A stretch of 64,000 nt of DNA from Callorhinchus milii. Lineage: Eukaryota. The notes beneath the pieces were generated by a model. It saw only the letters and a program-made list of their open reading frames with translations, was not told the DNA's origin and made no database searches. A program made the translations under genes and the position numbers. Positions 38,112-51,590 of this stretch are shown here, piece by piece; the first letter of the stretch is position 1; every line of letters begins with the position of its first letter. The stretch lies in assembly GCF_018977255.1 (NCBI RefSeq), contig NW_024704743.1:34846001-34910000 (forward strand), in the 5' to 3' direction.

Positions 38112-40443
38112 TCGCCTCCCTCATAATACACAAGTGTTGAGATATTAGAGCCAACCAGCTACAGTATAGCCAGGTTTTCCTATAATGAAGACAAACATAG
38201 AAATTGGGTGGGGCCTTCAGGCAGAGGAAAATCTTATGATGAAAATTTGCAATAGTGTATCTCATGCAAATATTTGGAACTAATCCTTTCATTTGCAGAT
38301 AATGCTTATAAAATGTGTACTATATAGCTTAGTTCTATTATTGCAAAATAGAGAAGTTTTTAACTTTCATTTAACAAGATCAAAAGAAAGGTTTGGCTGA
38401 AAAAGGCTCTTTGATCCATTTGATCTCATATTTCCAGAATACCATAGAGGATCCTGTGCATGGATCAAAAAAATGTTAAAGTCAATAAAATGCAAGATCA
38501 TAAAAGAAGTTTTGATTTAGAAAGCCATTTGATCTCATCCTCTATGGTACTGAACCAGTTTCCTGTTTCAGTATTAAACTGTTTCTCAAATGCATCACCC
38601 ATTTAATTTAAGGATAACATTATGTAAGCATATTCTTGGCATTTGTCTAAAACTTGCCCTTGACAAGTTTGAACTTTCAACCTCTATTTTTGATGCCTTG
38701 GCATATCTTGAACGTATATTACTGTTCCTTCATCGTTATTGAGTCAAAATCCTGGAACTCCCTACCCAACACCATTGTGAAGCATCATCACTACAAGAAT
38801 TTCAGCAGTTTAAAGAGACTTACCCTCACCATCTAGCACATGGGCAATACCCTGCTGAATCACCACATCCCAAGATGAATAACAAAAAGTTTCAAGTTTA
38901 CATTCTCTATCATATATGGCTATAAAAATCCTCTCTAAACAGTCTATTTTTGAAACTTAAGAGCCTTAGCTTATCTTAGCCGTTCCTCACAGTGCATCTC
39001 TCTAACAATGCGGATTAACAATGGGTGCTCTCTTCTTTATTGCCTAAGGACAGGGGTGGGTATATAGGAAATCAGAAACTTTCCCAAGTGTCCCCTCACT
39101 TGAATTCTTGACCTCCTTAAATCCACCGACCACCAGAAAAGAGTGCACAGTGTGACCAGTAGCCACAGTAGAGACATTTGCAGTTATTGCGTACAGTTGA
39201 TAAATTTAAGCTGCAAGGCCAATGAAAGATCTTCTCGATTCCTAGCAGGTGGGTGAAGTGGGGAAGAGGAAATACTTATCTGATTATTTTGGCACCTCCT
39301 TCACGATTCGACATTTTACATTACAATCCCGAGCCCTTTTGAGGAGCTAGTCCGCTATTGCTTGAGGGCATCTCGTAGTTTAATCAGAACAATCTGCAGC
39401 TGGAGTGTGATAGCTTGACCTCTTGGGAACGTAAAATAAACTGATTTGTCTTGTTTATTCTTGCCATGTGGTGAGCAAGCAGTCAAATAACCCCTCCTCC
39501 CCAGATTGCTTTCAACTTTTCCCTTGGCAAATTCTATTCCATCCACGTCCTCCTATGTTTACTTTCTCTATGCAGTAATAGTAATAATAATAATAATCCT
39601 TGCATTTGATTTAGCACTAAGCACTTCACAGAATATACTGTAAAGTGGAATGACTGGATTTGTGGATGAAACAAATTTTTATTTGTTATGCTCTCTACTA
39701 ATTTCGGTCTCCATCTTTCCTGCGAGTTTAAATATCTTGCAGAGTCTGGCAATCTAGTTTGTTAATAATATAAATAGGAGTCTCAGTACAAACTCTTGAG
39801 GCACACCACACTTCTACTTCACCCTAGCTCCATCTTTGCTTACTTCTCTTTACTTTAGCATGTTATTGATCTATGTCCATAACATACCCAAACAACATTA
39901 GTTTATCAAGTAGTTTCTTGCGAGTTTTTTTAAAATCAAAGGCTCACTGGAAATCTCATTTTAGAAGTCTAAGTACACCGTTCAAATGACTTCCTACTGT
40001 CAATTTGGCAAGCCATCGCCTCAAAAAGTCTAGTAGGTTGGCCAGGCAAGGTCTATTTGGAAATTATGACGTTGTATTATATCATAAATTATTTTCATTA
40101 TTTTTCTGCACCCCTTTTGAATACTGAAACAATATTTTCTTTTTTTTTTAAACCTGTCTGTTCATTCACTCAATATATTAGTTAATTCTTCCCAAATCTC
40201 CTGCCTTGTCTCTTTTTCCCAGGATACAGTCAATCCATCCCAGAAGATTTGTTTGAACACCAAAGAGGCAAAACTGATTTAGTCAAACCAGAGGGATGTG
40301 TCGCATAGATGTAGATATCCTGAAGGCTTCTTTTGATCATTATGGTTTTGTGCCAGTTAAATGTTTAAATATTTTACTAAATACTGGAAAGTTCATTAAT
40401 ACTGGTATGATATATGCCATACAAATTAAATAGTTATTCATAC

Positions 40444-40533
40444 CTTTGCAGTACCCATCATCTTAGGGAAAGTGTAAGATGAGCAGCCTTCTGGACTTTG
40501 ACCCAGCTGGCTAAATGGAGCATGAAATGTGGC
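40444..40533 (-). CDS. ECI2: ECI2 coding exon (QSPEG motif with the catalytic glutamate)
   Basis: atgcAG|GCC...AAG|GTatga; 90 nt, phase 0/0; [30 protein letters not shown]. Confidence 0.96.
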
Positions 40534-40685
40534 CTGCATTGGGGAAAAGAAACTCATAGCATTAATTCAGTACACATTATTCTCCCACATACTCAATTTA
40601 AATTAAATTCTAAATTAGTTTGATGCAGAGAAACAGCATATTTTCACAGCATAAAGATGACGAAATGACACATGAAATGACTTAC

Positions 40686-40806
40686 ACGATCAGTGGCATA
40701 CACTACATCAAATAAACCAAGGCCAGTGACAGCAATTCCAACAGCAGGACCATTTACCACAGCGATTAGTGGCTTTGGAAAATCAATGAAATGGCTTACA
40801 TATCTT
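40686..40806 (-). CDS. ECI2: ECI2 coding exon (crotonase signature)
   Basis: cccgtAG|A...CGT|GTaagt; 121 nt, phase 2/0; [40 protein letters not shown]. Confidence 0.96.
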
Positions 40807-41006
40807 CTACGGGGGAAAGAGAGAGAGGAAAAAAACATACAAGTCAGTTAGTTTCATTATTTTAAAACCGTTCACAAATTTAAATAAATGCAGCAACTAT
40901 AATAGAGTTCCTGAAACTATTATATTGCTACATGTTAAACACATAAAAAATAAGATGTCACCACTGTCCCTGCATTACTAATATGTTATCAGTCACTCTC
41001 GCTCAC

Positions 41007-41109
41007 GTAAGCAGTTCTCCTGAATCCCGAGCCAGCTTTTCCACACCTTCTGCTCCAACTTGGGTGAAGTTGCTCAAGTCATTCCCACTACAGTAATAAT
41101 CTCCACTAC
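41007..41109 (-). CDS. ECI2: ECI2 coding exon (SGND motif)
   Basis: ctgcAG|GT...CTT AC|GTgagc; 103 nt, phase 1/2; (G)SGDYYCSGNDLSNFTQVGAEGVEKLARDSGELL(T). Absent from the ORF track; found by manual translation. Confidence 0.95.
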
Positions 41110-43339
41110 CTGCAGATATAGAAAAGGAGTGGCTGAATTCACATTAAAGGTTATGCTAAAATTTTCAACACCTACTTGTACTTCTTAACATTTGACAACA
41201 TTGTTTGCAAGTCTCTAAGGAGATATGTTCTTTCTATATCTGGCAAGGTCTTTTGATAATGTTTTGGATACGGTTATACAGTCATAAATTAACACCATTT
41301 GGAGCTTGTGTATGGCATAGCTGGAGAGGAGGGCATTGGGGAAGTTAAGTCTGGAGATAACAAAAGCATGGCCAAAAGTTTAGGCCACACTGGGCGTGAG
41401 ATAGGGACAAAGGCAGATGGAATGGCAAAGCTGAAGAAAAGTGGTCTTGATCAGTGATTGGACTTAAGGAAGGAAAGAGATCTGAGGATTGACCAACAAC
41501 AACTTGTATTTACATAGAACCCCACATGCCAGGTAATGGCCCAGAGAACAGGTTGCACAATGATTCTGTTAGGTTGAGGGAATAACTAGGAAGTTCGAGG
41601 TAATCAGAACTAAAGGCAAGGAGGCAGTAGTGGGAGCCAGGTAGGATAGCCTCCATTTTATTCATATTAAATTGTAATAAGATGAGGCTCATCCAGGACT
41701 TGTTGTTCAACAGGTGATCAGAACCGAAGGTCAGAATCAAAGGTGTAACCGAAGAGACTGAGTTAGGTGTCATCAACTTACACATGGAAATTTATTCCAT
41801 ATTTCCAAATCTTGTCACCAAAGGGGAGTATGTCAATAAAGAAAAGAAAGGGACCGAGGATAGAATCCTGAGGTGCTGCAACAACAACTTGCATTTATAT
41901 AGCTTCCTTCATGCTGGATAATAATAATAATCCTTACATTTGGAATAGCACCTTTCACATCAGGAGGATGCCCCAAAACATAACAACAACAACAAGACTG
42001 CATTTATAGAGCGCCTTTCACGTTGGGAGGACGTCCCAAGTCGCTGGACAGTTGGGTCGGGACCCGAGCAGGGGGGAAATGATCAGGGTGAAGGGAGGGA
42101 GCGAGGATGGGGTAGAGAGTTGAGAGGGGAGGTGAAGGCACATAAAACATAAACCGCTTCACAGGATATACTGTAAAGTGCAGTGATGGTGTGTTTCGTA
42201 GGCAAACGTAGCAGCCAATTTATACACAGAAGCGTCCCACAAACAGTCACTAAGTGAATTACCAATTTTATCGGGTAGATTGTTGGCCGGGACATTGGGA
42301 GTAACTCATGTGAGCGATATTTCGCCCACAAATATACAGTCAATTCACTTTACAGTATATTCTGTGAAGCGCTTTGAGACATCTAGAAGATATGAAAAGC
42401 GCTATATCAAATGCAAGGATTATTATTATAATCATATTGAATGCATCAGAGGCAGACATCTTTCCCCTTGTGCCAATCTGAATGGTTAAGTCCAAGAAGC
42501 CAGGTCAACTGTGTTGTAGATATTACTTCATTAAAGTTCTATAAATGTTAAAACAAAACTTTTTTTCAAACTTACATCCATGTGCCCAAAAGACGCAACA
42601 CAATACAAAATTTGATTAGCTTGGTTGATAACAGTTTCACATTGCTTTGAAACATCAATGAATAATCATTAATCAAACTGAAATCCTTTTCCTCTCCATT
42701 TTTGTTAATGGATTCCCTTTTATCATATATGTGTTTCCTGTTCCAATACACATTTGTCTACATTAAAATCCATCTGCCATTCCTAAGCTCATTTGCTTAA
42801 TGGTCCAGATCTGTTTGAATGCTGTTTATCTTCTTTATATATGCACCACCTGGCCTCACCAACTTGGCATTACCATAACATTTTATAATATTAGATGTGC
42901 TTTTTATGAATAGGGTTATCAGCAGGAGACTTAAAATAGACCCCACAGAAATGTGCTAAATACTACCCCTGACAAAATATTTGCATTTATCATTGGTCTT
43001 CTGCCAGGCCAGTTTTCAATTCAGCTGTGTAGGTCATCATTAACTCTATTAGCTTCAATTAAAAAAATTGAATGTACAACTTTATCAAATGACTCCTGAA
43101 AATTCAAGTAATTGCATTTACTAGATTGAATAGTTCGATTTATTGAATAGAATTTAGTAATTACAAAGAATTTGCATGCTTATTCTAAGAATAAAAATCG
43201 GTGATTTGAGTATGGGATATACAAATAATTTGGTTTATTGAATAATTTCGGCGTGACCATTCATATAAAAAACAATTAATCTGAGAACTGGATTAACTCA
43301 ATAGCCACAAATCATTGCCTTCTGCAGTATAGCATGAAC

Positions 43340-44145
43340 ATCGTCAGTGTCCTCCCCTCCTTCCCTCTCCCCTCGCTTCATTCCCCAGAAAGGTTGCTGG
43401 CCATTGGTTGGTTGGCCAAGTGAAACTGCGGACACATCGGATTGTTGGAGGCGAGAGTTTCCAGTTCCAATACAGTTGGGGAATGCGCAGCCCGAGCTCC
43501 GGGAGATGAGTCTCCAGTTTAGTCCAGCCAGTCCAGAACCTTGGCATCTTGTTTGATCCTCAACTGTCCTTTCTACCCTACATCCATGCCCCACATCCTT
43601 GCTCTGTCTTCCCCCACCTCCGCAACATTGCCCGGCTCCACCACTGCCTCACCCCTCAGCTCGTGTCCTCTCCCGCACCAGGCTTCATGACTACATCACC
43701 CCCAGCCTCGCCCGGCTCCACTGGCTCCCCCAGAGGATAGAATTCAAAATCCTCATCCTCGCCTTCAAGGCCCTCCACGCCCTTGCTCCTCCCTATCTCT
43801 GTGACCTGCTGATCCCATATCAACCTGTCCGCTCCCTTCAGGCTGTGGACATCCTGCCCCATGTCCGGCCCATCCCACCATCGGTGATCGGGCCTTCACC
43901 CTTTCTGCCCCCACCCTATGGAACTCCATCCCACATTCCCTTCGCCTCACTGCCTTCCCTACCTCCTTCAAGGCAGGTCTCAAAACCTTCCTCTTCGACC
44001 GAGCGTTCAACCACCTTCTTACCCTCCCTGCCCTCCACCCTCCCCGATCCCGACCCCCAGCTCGGGTCCAAATCCCTGACTGTCCAGGCCTTGGGAAGTC
44101 CTCCCGACATGAAAGACGCTATACAAATGTCATTTTGTATTGAAT
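43340..44145 (+). mobile_element. L2-type LINE 3' portion
   Basis: ARVLSRTRLHDYITPSLARLHWLPQRIEFKILILAFKALHALAPPYL; tail at 44090-44145. Confidence 0.88.
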
Positions 44146-45522
44146 TGTTGTCTAGTTATATGAAAAGGTCCAGTTTATTTAATAATTGTCACTGTCAAAT
44201 TGAGTATTCAATTAACAGAACTTAACTGTACATGGAAATTCTGGAGATATGTATTGGAATGCAATGTGACTCTCTCCCTGGAGGGACACTGGGGCTTTGG
44301 CTTGCAGGGTTAATTGGAGCTGAGTGGGAAGAATCACTGCACCCAGTTACTGGTCTAAGTCATTCCGATGAGCCAGCCTCGATGGGCTGTCATCAGTAGT
44401 GGTCAGAATATTGTGGACCCACCTGGCACAGGAAGTGTACTACACCAAGACCGTCACAGAGGGTTGGCTCAATTCTGCCCCTCCAAGGGACACTGCCACA
44501 ATCACTAATTTTGAAAATTAAAGCTTTTTGGTGCCATCACTTCCTGTATGTTGCACACCTGCTCACACCACTACACAGCAATCATACTGATATCACTTCA
44601 TTCATAAAGTGATGTCAGCAGTGCTTCCTGTGCAGAGCTTCCATTTGCAGCATGCAGGAAGTGACATCAACAGGAACCTAATCACCTGGAGGTCTAACAT
44701 TTTTTTTCTCTGCAGATATCAGGTGTTGTATGCCTTCAGTTTGCATAGGTCCACAATAGACCCCACTCTAAGTGAGACAGGGCTATCCCAGAGAAGAGGG
44801 AGGGGGCACTATTACGAAGTTTCCAGCTCCTATGTAATTATTACTTTTACCAACATAACATCATCTAATACCATGTTTGAAATAAACTTTAGCAAAAAAA
44901 GGGACTTTATGCAAATGTTCTCTGCTTCTCTCTGCTGGCACACAATTCCATGGGTGCCTCAATTCCTCAACAGCATCAAGAGACCATTCTTCAGGGGTGT
45001 CAGAGAATTATTCAACGATGGGATGATTACACTATCCCCCTATTCTGTTATGACCTGACATGCAGACTTCATGACTTTCGCAGCATAAAACAAAAAAAAT
45101 TTGACTGATTTTACTCTCTTCCCAACTGGGGTTGCAGGCACCATCTGTGAGTAGTATGTGACTGAGATCAGCTTGTTAAGCAGTTCTCTATATTGCTTAG
45201 TGCTTCACTGGGTGATACATTTATTACATCCGCATTTGCTTGAGAATACTAGACAGTCAAAGCAGCTTTTAATATTGATCTTAAGACAGTAATTCAATCC
45301 AAGAGTTCTGCTGATGAAAACACAATTTAGGTTTCACTCTTATTGTTTACAAAGTCATGAGAACCTCTAACTGAAACCGTGTTTTGCAACTCACTGATTA
45401 TCATGCTATATATTTTCACCCAGATCTCTGGTATCATGGTAAAATGAAAGGTTTCTAAAGTGGGGAAAAAAAACAAAAAATACAGTATAAAGTAAAATAT
45501 TAATGAACCACAAATATCAAAA

Positions 45523-45827
45523 TGTATTTCAACAGGATTCACTGAGAAGAGTGGAGACCGGGTCTGACCCCGGGCCAGACAGCATAAGGCCCAAGCCACA
45601 TGACTGGCTCTAGGTTGGTTAATGGTTAGATAAGAGGGGATTGCAAGTGCGTGGGTCTATAAGAGGGGTGTCAAGGACCACCTGCAAGCCTAGGTGCCTG
45701 CACCCTTACACAGTTGTTTTGTTGCTGTTCTGGGTGTTCCCCTGCCTTAGAATAAACCTGTGTGTGACGAGAGACTTTATTTATGTCTGTATCTGCCTGG
45801 CTTGAAGGAGGTCCATGCTACAATACA
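45523..45827 (+). mobile_element. Solo-LTR-like sequence
   Basis: TGTATT...AATACA inverted ends, TATAAG at 45658, AATAAA at 45751 followed by a GT-rich tract; no TSD found. Confidence 0.45.
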
Positions 45828-45856
45828 TTTGCAGAGACTGGTAAAATTGGTTATAC

Positions 45857-45926
45857 CTGTCATTACTGTAAGCACAGAGTCATCTTTTCCAGCTTGTTCA
45901 AGTGCTTGCATAATTTCTTCATACAT
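45857..45926 (-). CDS. ECI2: ECI2 coding exon
   Basis: ttcAG|ATG...ACA G|GTataa; 70 nt, phase 0/1; MYEEIMQALEQAGKDDSVLTVMT(G). Confidence 0.95.
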
Positions 45927-46879
45927 CTGAATAAAGGAGATATATTGAAATATCATTAGTACAGTATCTATTAAATGGAGTAGCTGATGTGTCAACTTTT
46001 GTTATATTCTCTTTTTGTTTGAACCTGTATTCTGCAGGAATGAGTTCACATTTTTGAGTTCAGTTGAGTGGCTGATTGTGATGATTAGACACCAATGAAG
46101 AAAAGGTTCAATAAAGAGATCCCAATTTGAATGTCTTTTGATTATTTGCTATAATATATTTCTAATTATAATATTGGGATCTCTGCTGACAGTTTTACAA
46201 CGGAGAAAGTTGTTAACACTGATTAAATATGTTAATTATCAAATTGCTGAAAAATTGTAGTAATTTCAGTCAAGATTTATCACACCACAATTATAACAAC
46301 GCTGAAAACATGTGGTCAACAATTGATAACTAAGTACATTGATTGGTTCACAGTAAGAGTTCATCAAAGCTTATCATTGAAAGCCAAACTACAATACTGC
46401 ACTGCAAATGGATCCACTGCAGGATACTGGTTTACGAGTTTAATTCAAAAAATTCTGAGTAAAACTCAAATAAATCTTGCCAACTAGCATTCCAATTGCC
46501 AGGCCATCAAGTCCAGTGCATCTGTGGACTGGGCCCGCCTATTGTGATAAGGTGGTGAGGGTTACACCTTTAACCAAATGATTTGATTATCAACTGACTG
46601 ACTACAATTAACAAATTGATAGTCTTTTAAGTATCACTAGTTTTAATTAACAGATCATAGAACAATTTTCACCCCCAAGACTAGTGCAGATATTAAATTG
46701 TTCAATGAAATTGTACAAACAATATTTCAGTATTTTGTTCCAGAATTTGATTATGTTTACACACAACTAAAATATATTCTGAAAAACACCTTTCCAAATA
46801 GTAGAAAAACAATACAACAGTGACTTATTTAGAACTAATTTGAAGTGTGAGAGAGTAGAATTGCCACTATGATGATAAG

Positions 46880-47510
46880 ATACAATACAATCCAAAATAC
46901 GTTTGTAAAGTGCCATTCACGTCAGGAGGACTTTCCAAGGCGCTGAACAGTCAGGGATTAGGACCCGAGTGTGGGAGAGGGGTGGGGGTGGGTTTGGGAT
47001 CAGGGAGGGTGGAGGGCAGAGAGGGTAGGAGGGTGACTGAAGACACGGTCGAAAAGAGGGTCTTGAGGCGTGCCTTGAAGGAGCAAGGGAGGGAACGAGG
47101 CAAAAGGAATGTGGGATGGAGTTCCAGAGAGTGGGGACAGAGAGGCTGAAGAACCCCCGACCGTTGATGGAGTGGCGGGCTGGGCGGGGGACATGGAGCA
47201 GGCTGGAGAAGAGGGAGCAGACAAGTTGATAAGGGTCGGAAAGTCAGGAGGGGGCAAGGCCATGGAAGGCCTTGAAGGTGAGGATGAGAATTTTGAACTT
47301 GATCCTCTGAGGGATGGGGAGCCAGTGGAGCCAGGTGAGGGTGGGGGTGTCACGGAGCCTGGTGCGGGACAGGACACAAACTGCAGAGTTCTGGATGATC
47401 TGCAGCTTGTGAAGGGAAGAGTTGGGAAGGCTGACAGGCATACTCGAGTCTGGTTGTAATCAAGGAATGTATGTGGGTTTCGGCGGCCTGTGGGGTGAGG
47501 CAGTGGTGAG
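46880..47510 (-). mobile_element. L2-type LINE 3' portion
   Basis: LPNSSLHKLQIIQNSA..LHWLPIPQRIKFKILILTFKAFHGLAP; tail near 46890. Confidence 0.88.
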
Positions 47511-47626
47511 GCATGATGATTAAATTAAGTTGGTAGAAGATGTGAATATACTCAGCATGCTGCTAAATTGAAGAGTACCAAAGTTTCAAATGTGATATTC
47601 TAATACAGCTGCAATGTGATATATAG

Positions 47627-47998
47627 TAATAATCCTTACATTTGATATAGCGGCTTATCACATCTTCAAAGTGTCTCAAAGCGCTTCACAGAATATACGG
47701 TAAAGTGACTGTGTATTTTGTGGGCGAAACGCGGCAGCCAATTACACACAGCAGAGTCCCACAAAAGTCGTGGATTGAGTGACAACTTTTTTTTTATGAT
47801 CAGTCTTTTCTGGAGGGATTATTACCCCCGGAAAAGTGACCTGCCAATCGACTCATAACCGGGTTCCTACTTACTGCTGGGTAAACAGGGGTGTTAGGAG
47901 TAAGGAAACTTGCCCAATGTTTCGCCCTGCCCGGGAATCAAACCCAGGTCCTCTCACTTGCGAGGCGAGTGCTCTAACCAGTAAACTACAGGACTCCA
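47627..47998 (-). mobile_element. tRNA-derived SINE, long subfamily
   Basis: Full head, internal block and tail. Confidence 0.9.
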
Positions 47999-48854
47999 CA
48001 CTGTAATATTTGCATTGTCTGACTGTTAACATAGAATACACATTCCATTTTCCAACTGTTTCTCCATATCTCTTAAAATATTCTTATTTAACAAGTATCT
48101 ATCTCTCTTTATTGAACACTTCATTGACCCTGAATCTGTGGGCTTCTGAAGCAGTCTGTTCTATTTTTTTTTCTCAGCAGGGTGTCTGACACATGTGGAA
48201 ACCAATACTTAAGAGCATCCAAACCAAACTGAGTTCCACGCATCCCAACGACACATAAAAATTCCAGAGTCTGTTCTATATTCTTATGACCTTTTGTGTA
48301 AAGATCTGTTTGCACCGTTTACCCTTTTCACTAGCTTAGAGGCAAGAGTTATTTGTAATACCCTTAATCAGATTCAATAACCTCAATCAAATCACCCTTC
48401 AGCCTCCCAAATCTCCAATCAATCCACCCCAAGATACTCAGACTCTCCACATAGGTAAGTCCTTTCATATATCTCAGGTATCATCCTGGTGAACTGGGCT
48501 TATTCAAAAGCCAGTTCACTTTCTCAAAACTGAACAGTATACTCCAAATGAGGTCTGGCCAGCCTATATATACAACTGTGTAACAACATCTTTATTCTTG
48601 TATTTTTTCCCTTTTGTGATAAAACACAGAAAGCAATGGAAAAGACTAATAGAAGGTATGGAATATAGGGGTAAAATAAAATAGGTCATTTCCTTCATGG
48701 CTTTTTATGGGACATTGTTATTTGCAAATTAGCTGCCGCATTCGTCCAAAAAATACACAGTCCATCCACTTTCCAATAAATCCTATAAAGAGCTTTGAGA
48801 TGTACGTGTCCCCCTGACACCCCCCACACCGACACGAGAGGCAATATATCCAAA

Positions 48855-49235
48855 AATAATAATCCTTGCATTTGATATAGCACCTTATCACATCTTAGAG
48901 ACGTCTCAAAGCACTTCACAGAATATACTGTAAAGTAAATTGACTGTATATTTTGTGGGCGAAACATGGCAGACAATTGCACACAGCAGTGTCCCACAAA
49001 CAGTCATGGTTTGATTGACCTAATTATTATTATTTTTGGGGGGAGAAATTATTACCCCCGGAAAAACTATCCATCAATCAACTAACAACCAGATTCCTAC
49101 ATACCACTGGTAAACAGAGGCGTGTGGAGTAAGGAAACTTGCCCAACATTTCGCCTGCCTGGGCTATGTGTGAATCAAACCTAGATCCTCTTGCTTGTGA
49201 GGCGAGTGCTCTAACCACTAAGCTACAGGACTCCA
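48855..49235 (-). mobile_element. tRNA-derived SINE, long subfamily
   Basis: Full head (small insertion after the B box), internal block and tail. Confidence 0.9.
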
Positions 49236-49629
49236 CAAAAGAATTATTAAATATTTATCCGATATTGATGAAGCTCTGTATTGACAATGATCTCTTTGTA
49301 CTATACCTAAATCAGCCAAGTGTTGATGCTTTCATTGGTTTATTGCGTAAATGAGAATAAAACCTTCTTTGTTCACTCAGTTTATATTTGTTGGGTGTAT
49401 ATATTTCATAAATGTTCACATAGCTGTAACATGTTAGAAACATGACCCTGACATTGACTAGGTGTGGTTACTCACAAATATTTTCCCCCCAAAGCAAAGT
49501 ATGATAACAACCACTTGGGCCAGAACAGAACAGGTCCTTACAGGAGGAAAGAGGTACTGGCACTGTATGGTTACTGGAGCTTAGAGGGATTTATGATTGC
49601 TGAAATGGGAAGGGATAGTCTGAATATAT

Positions 49630-50437
49630 TTGTGAAACTCACAAACGATGTCCTCTCTATCTGTGACCAGGGCTCTCTCTGCCACCTCGTCCTCCTGGAA
49701 CTCTCCCCCACATTTGACACAGTCGATCATGCCATCCTCTTCCACCACCTCTCCTCCATCATCCATCTCAGTGTGACCGCACTCACTTGGTTCAAGTCCT
49801 ATCTTACAAACCGCCAGCATTACATTTCCGCAAATGTTTTTTATTCTTGCCCCCGCCGAGTCACCTCCGGGGTACCCCAAGACTCCATCCTTGGCCCCCT
49901 TTTCTTCCTCATCTATATGCTCCCTCTCGGAAATGTATTCCGCAGACACGGGATTATCTTCCACATGTATGCAGATGACACTCAACTCTACTTCTCCTCC
50001 TCCAGCTGCGACCCCCGTCCTCTGATATTCTGTTAACTTGTTGACCGTGCCTATGGTCACCTTCCTCCTTCCACTGGCTCGGCATCGGGTTCCACCATTG
50101 ATGAGTACTCTGGGATGGCGCCCAGCATGGAGGGCGCTATATAAATGCAAGTTGTTGTTGTACATTTGTGTCAAATGTACATTCACCCTCCTCTCCACCA
50201 TCGGTGGCTGTGCTTTCAGACCACTATTCCCCAAAGCTCTGGATCTCCCTCCCTCAATCCCCCCCTCCCTCCCCACTTTCAAATCCTGCCTGCCTGAAGA
50301 CACTCCTTTTTGATCGTGCTTTTAGTCACCTCCCGCCTCCCTCAGCCCCTGGCTCAGGGTCAGACTTCGCCACTGTCAAGTTCTCTGGGATGCTACCCCG
50401 GGTGAAGGGAGCCATATAAATGCAAGTTGTTGTTGTA
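49630..50437 (+). mobile_element. L2-type RT fragment followed by two L2 3' tails
   Basis: [30 protein letters not shown]; tails end near 50160 and 50437. Confidence 0.85.
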
Positions 50438-50465
50438 GGTGCCAACAGTGTTAGAAATTATTTAA

Positions 50466-51590
50466 AACAACAACAAAATTGCATTTATAGAGCACTTTTC
50501 ATGTCGGGAGGATGTCCCAAAGCGCTGAACAGTCAGGTGTCAGGGCCTAAGAATGGGGAAGGGATGGTGGAGGGGTGAGGGATGGCAGAGAGGTGGGAGG
50601 GAAACCAAAGGCACGGTCGAAGAGAAGGGTCTTGAGACCGGCCTTGAAGGAGGCAAGGGAGGAAGCGAGGCGAAGGGATCGTGGGATGGAGTTCCAGAGC
50701 ATGGGGGCAGAGAGGCTGAAAGCCCGGCCACCGATGGTAGGGCAGGTCGGGCGGGAGACATGGAGCAGGCCGGAGCCCGATGAACGGAGGGAACGGGCAA
50801 GTTGGTAGGGAGTCAGCAGGTCACAGAGGTAGGAGGGGGCAAGGCCATGGATGGCCTTAAAGGTGAGGACGAGGATCTTGAACTCGATCCTCTGAGGGAT
50901 GGGGAGCCAGTGGAGTCGGGCGAGGGTGGGAATGATAGGGTCACGGAGCCTGGTGTGTGAGAGTACTCAAGCTGCAGAGTTTTGGATGATCTGCAGCTTG
51001 TGAAGGGAAGAGTTGGGAAGGCCGATGAGGAGGGAGTAATCAAGCCTTGAGGTGACGAATGTGTGGGTGAGGGTTTTGGCAGCCTGAGGGGTGAGGCAGT
51101 GGCGGAGTCTGGCAATGTTGCGGAGGTGGTGGTAGGCAGTGCCGGTCATGGGACGGATGTGGGGGAGAAAGGACAGTTCAGGGTCAAACAAGACACCCAG
51201 GTTCCTGACTGGCTTAGTGAGGTTGACTATGTAGCCATGGAGGCTGATGCTGCCAGCGCCTGAGGTGCGGAGGCGCTGGCGCGAGCCAATCAGGAGGGCC
51301 TCGGACTTGCTGACGTTGAGTTGGAGAAAGTTGGCCCTCATCCAGCATTGGATGTCGGACAGACAGTCAGTCAGGACGCCAGTAGTCCTGGAGTTCAGGG
51401 TGGAGGCAGAGAGATAGAGTTGGGTGTCATCCGTATACATGTGGATATTTACCCCATGTGATGTCACCAAGGGAGAGCATGTAGAGGGTAAAGAGGGGGG
51501 GACCAAGGACAGAGCCCTGAGGAACACCGCACGAGACGGTGCAGGGGCTGGAGGAGAAACCGTTTGCCGGGACAAAGTGGAGGCGGTTTG
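50466..51590 (-). mobile_element. L2-type LINE RT C-terminal half to tail
   Basis: [44 protein letters not shown]; (aac)n tail at 50467. Confidence 0.92.
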
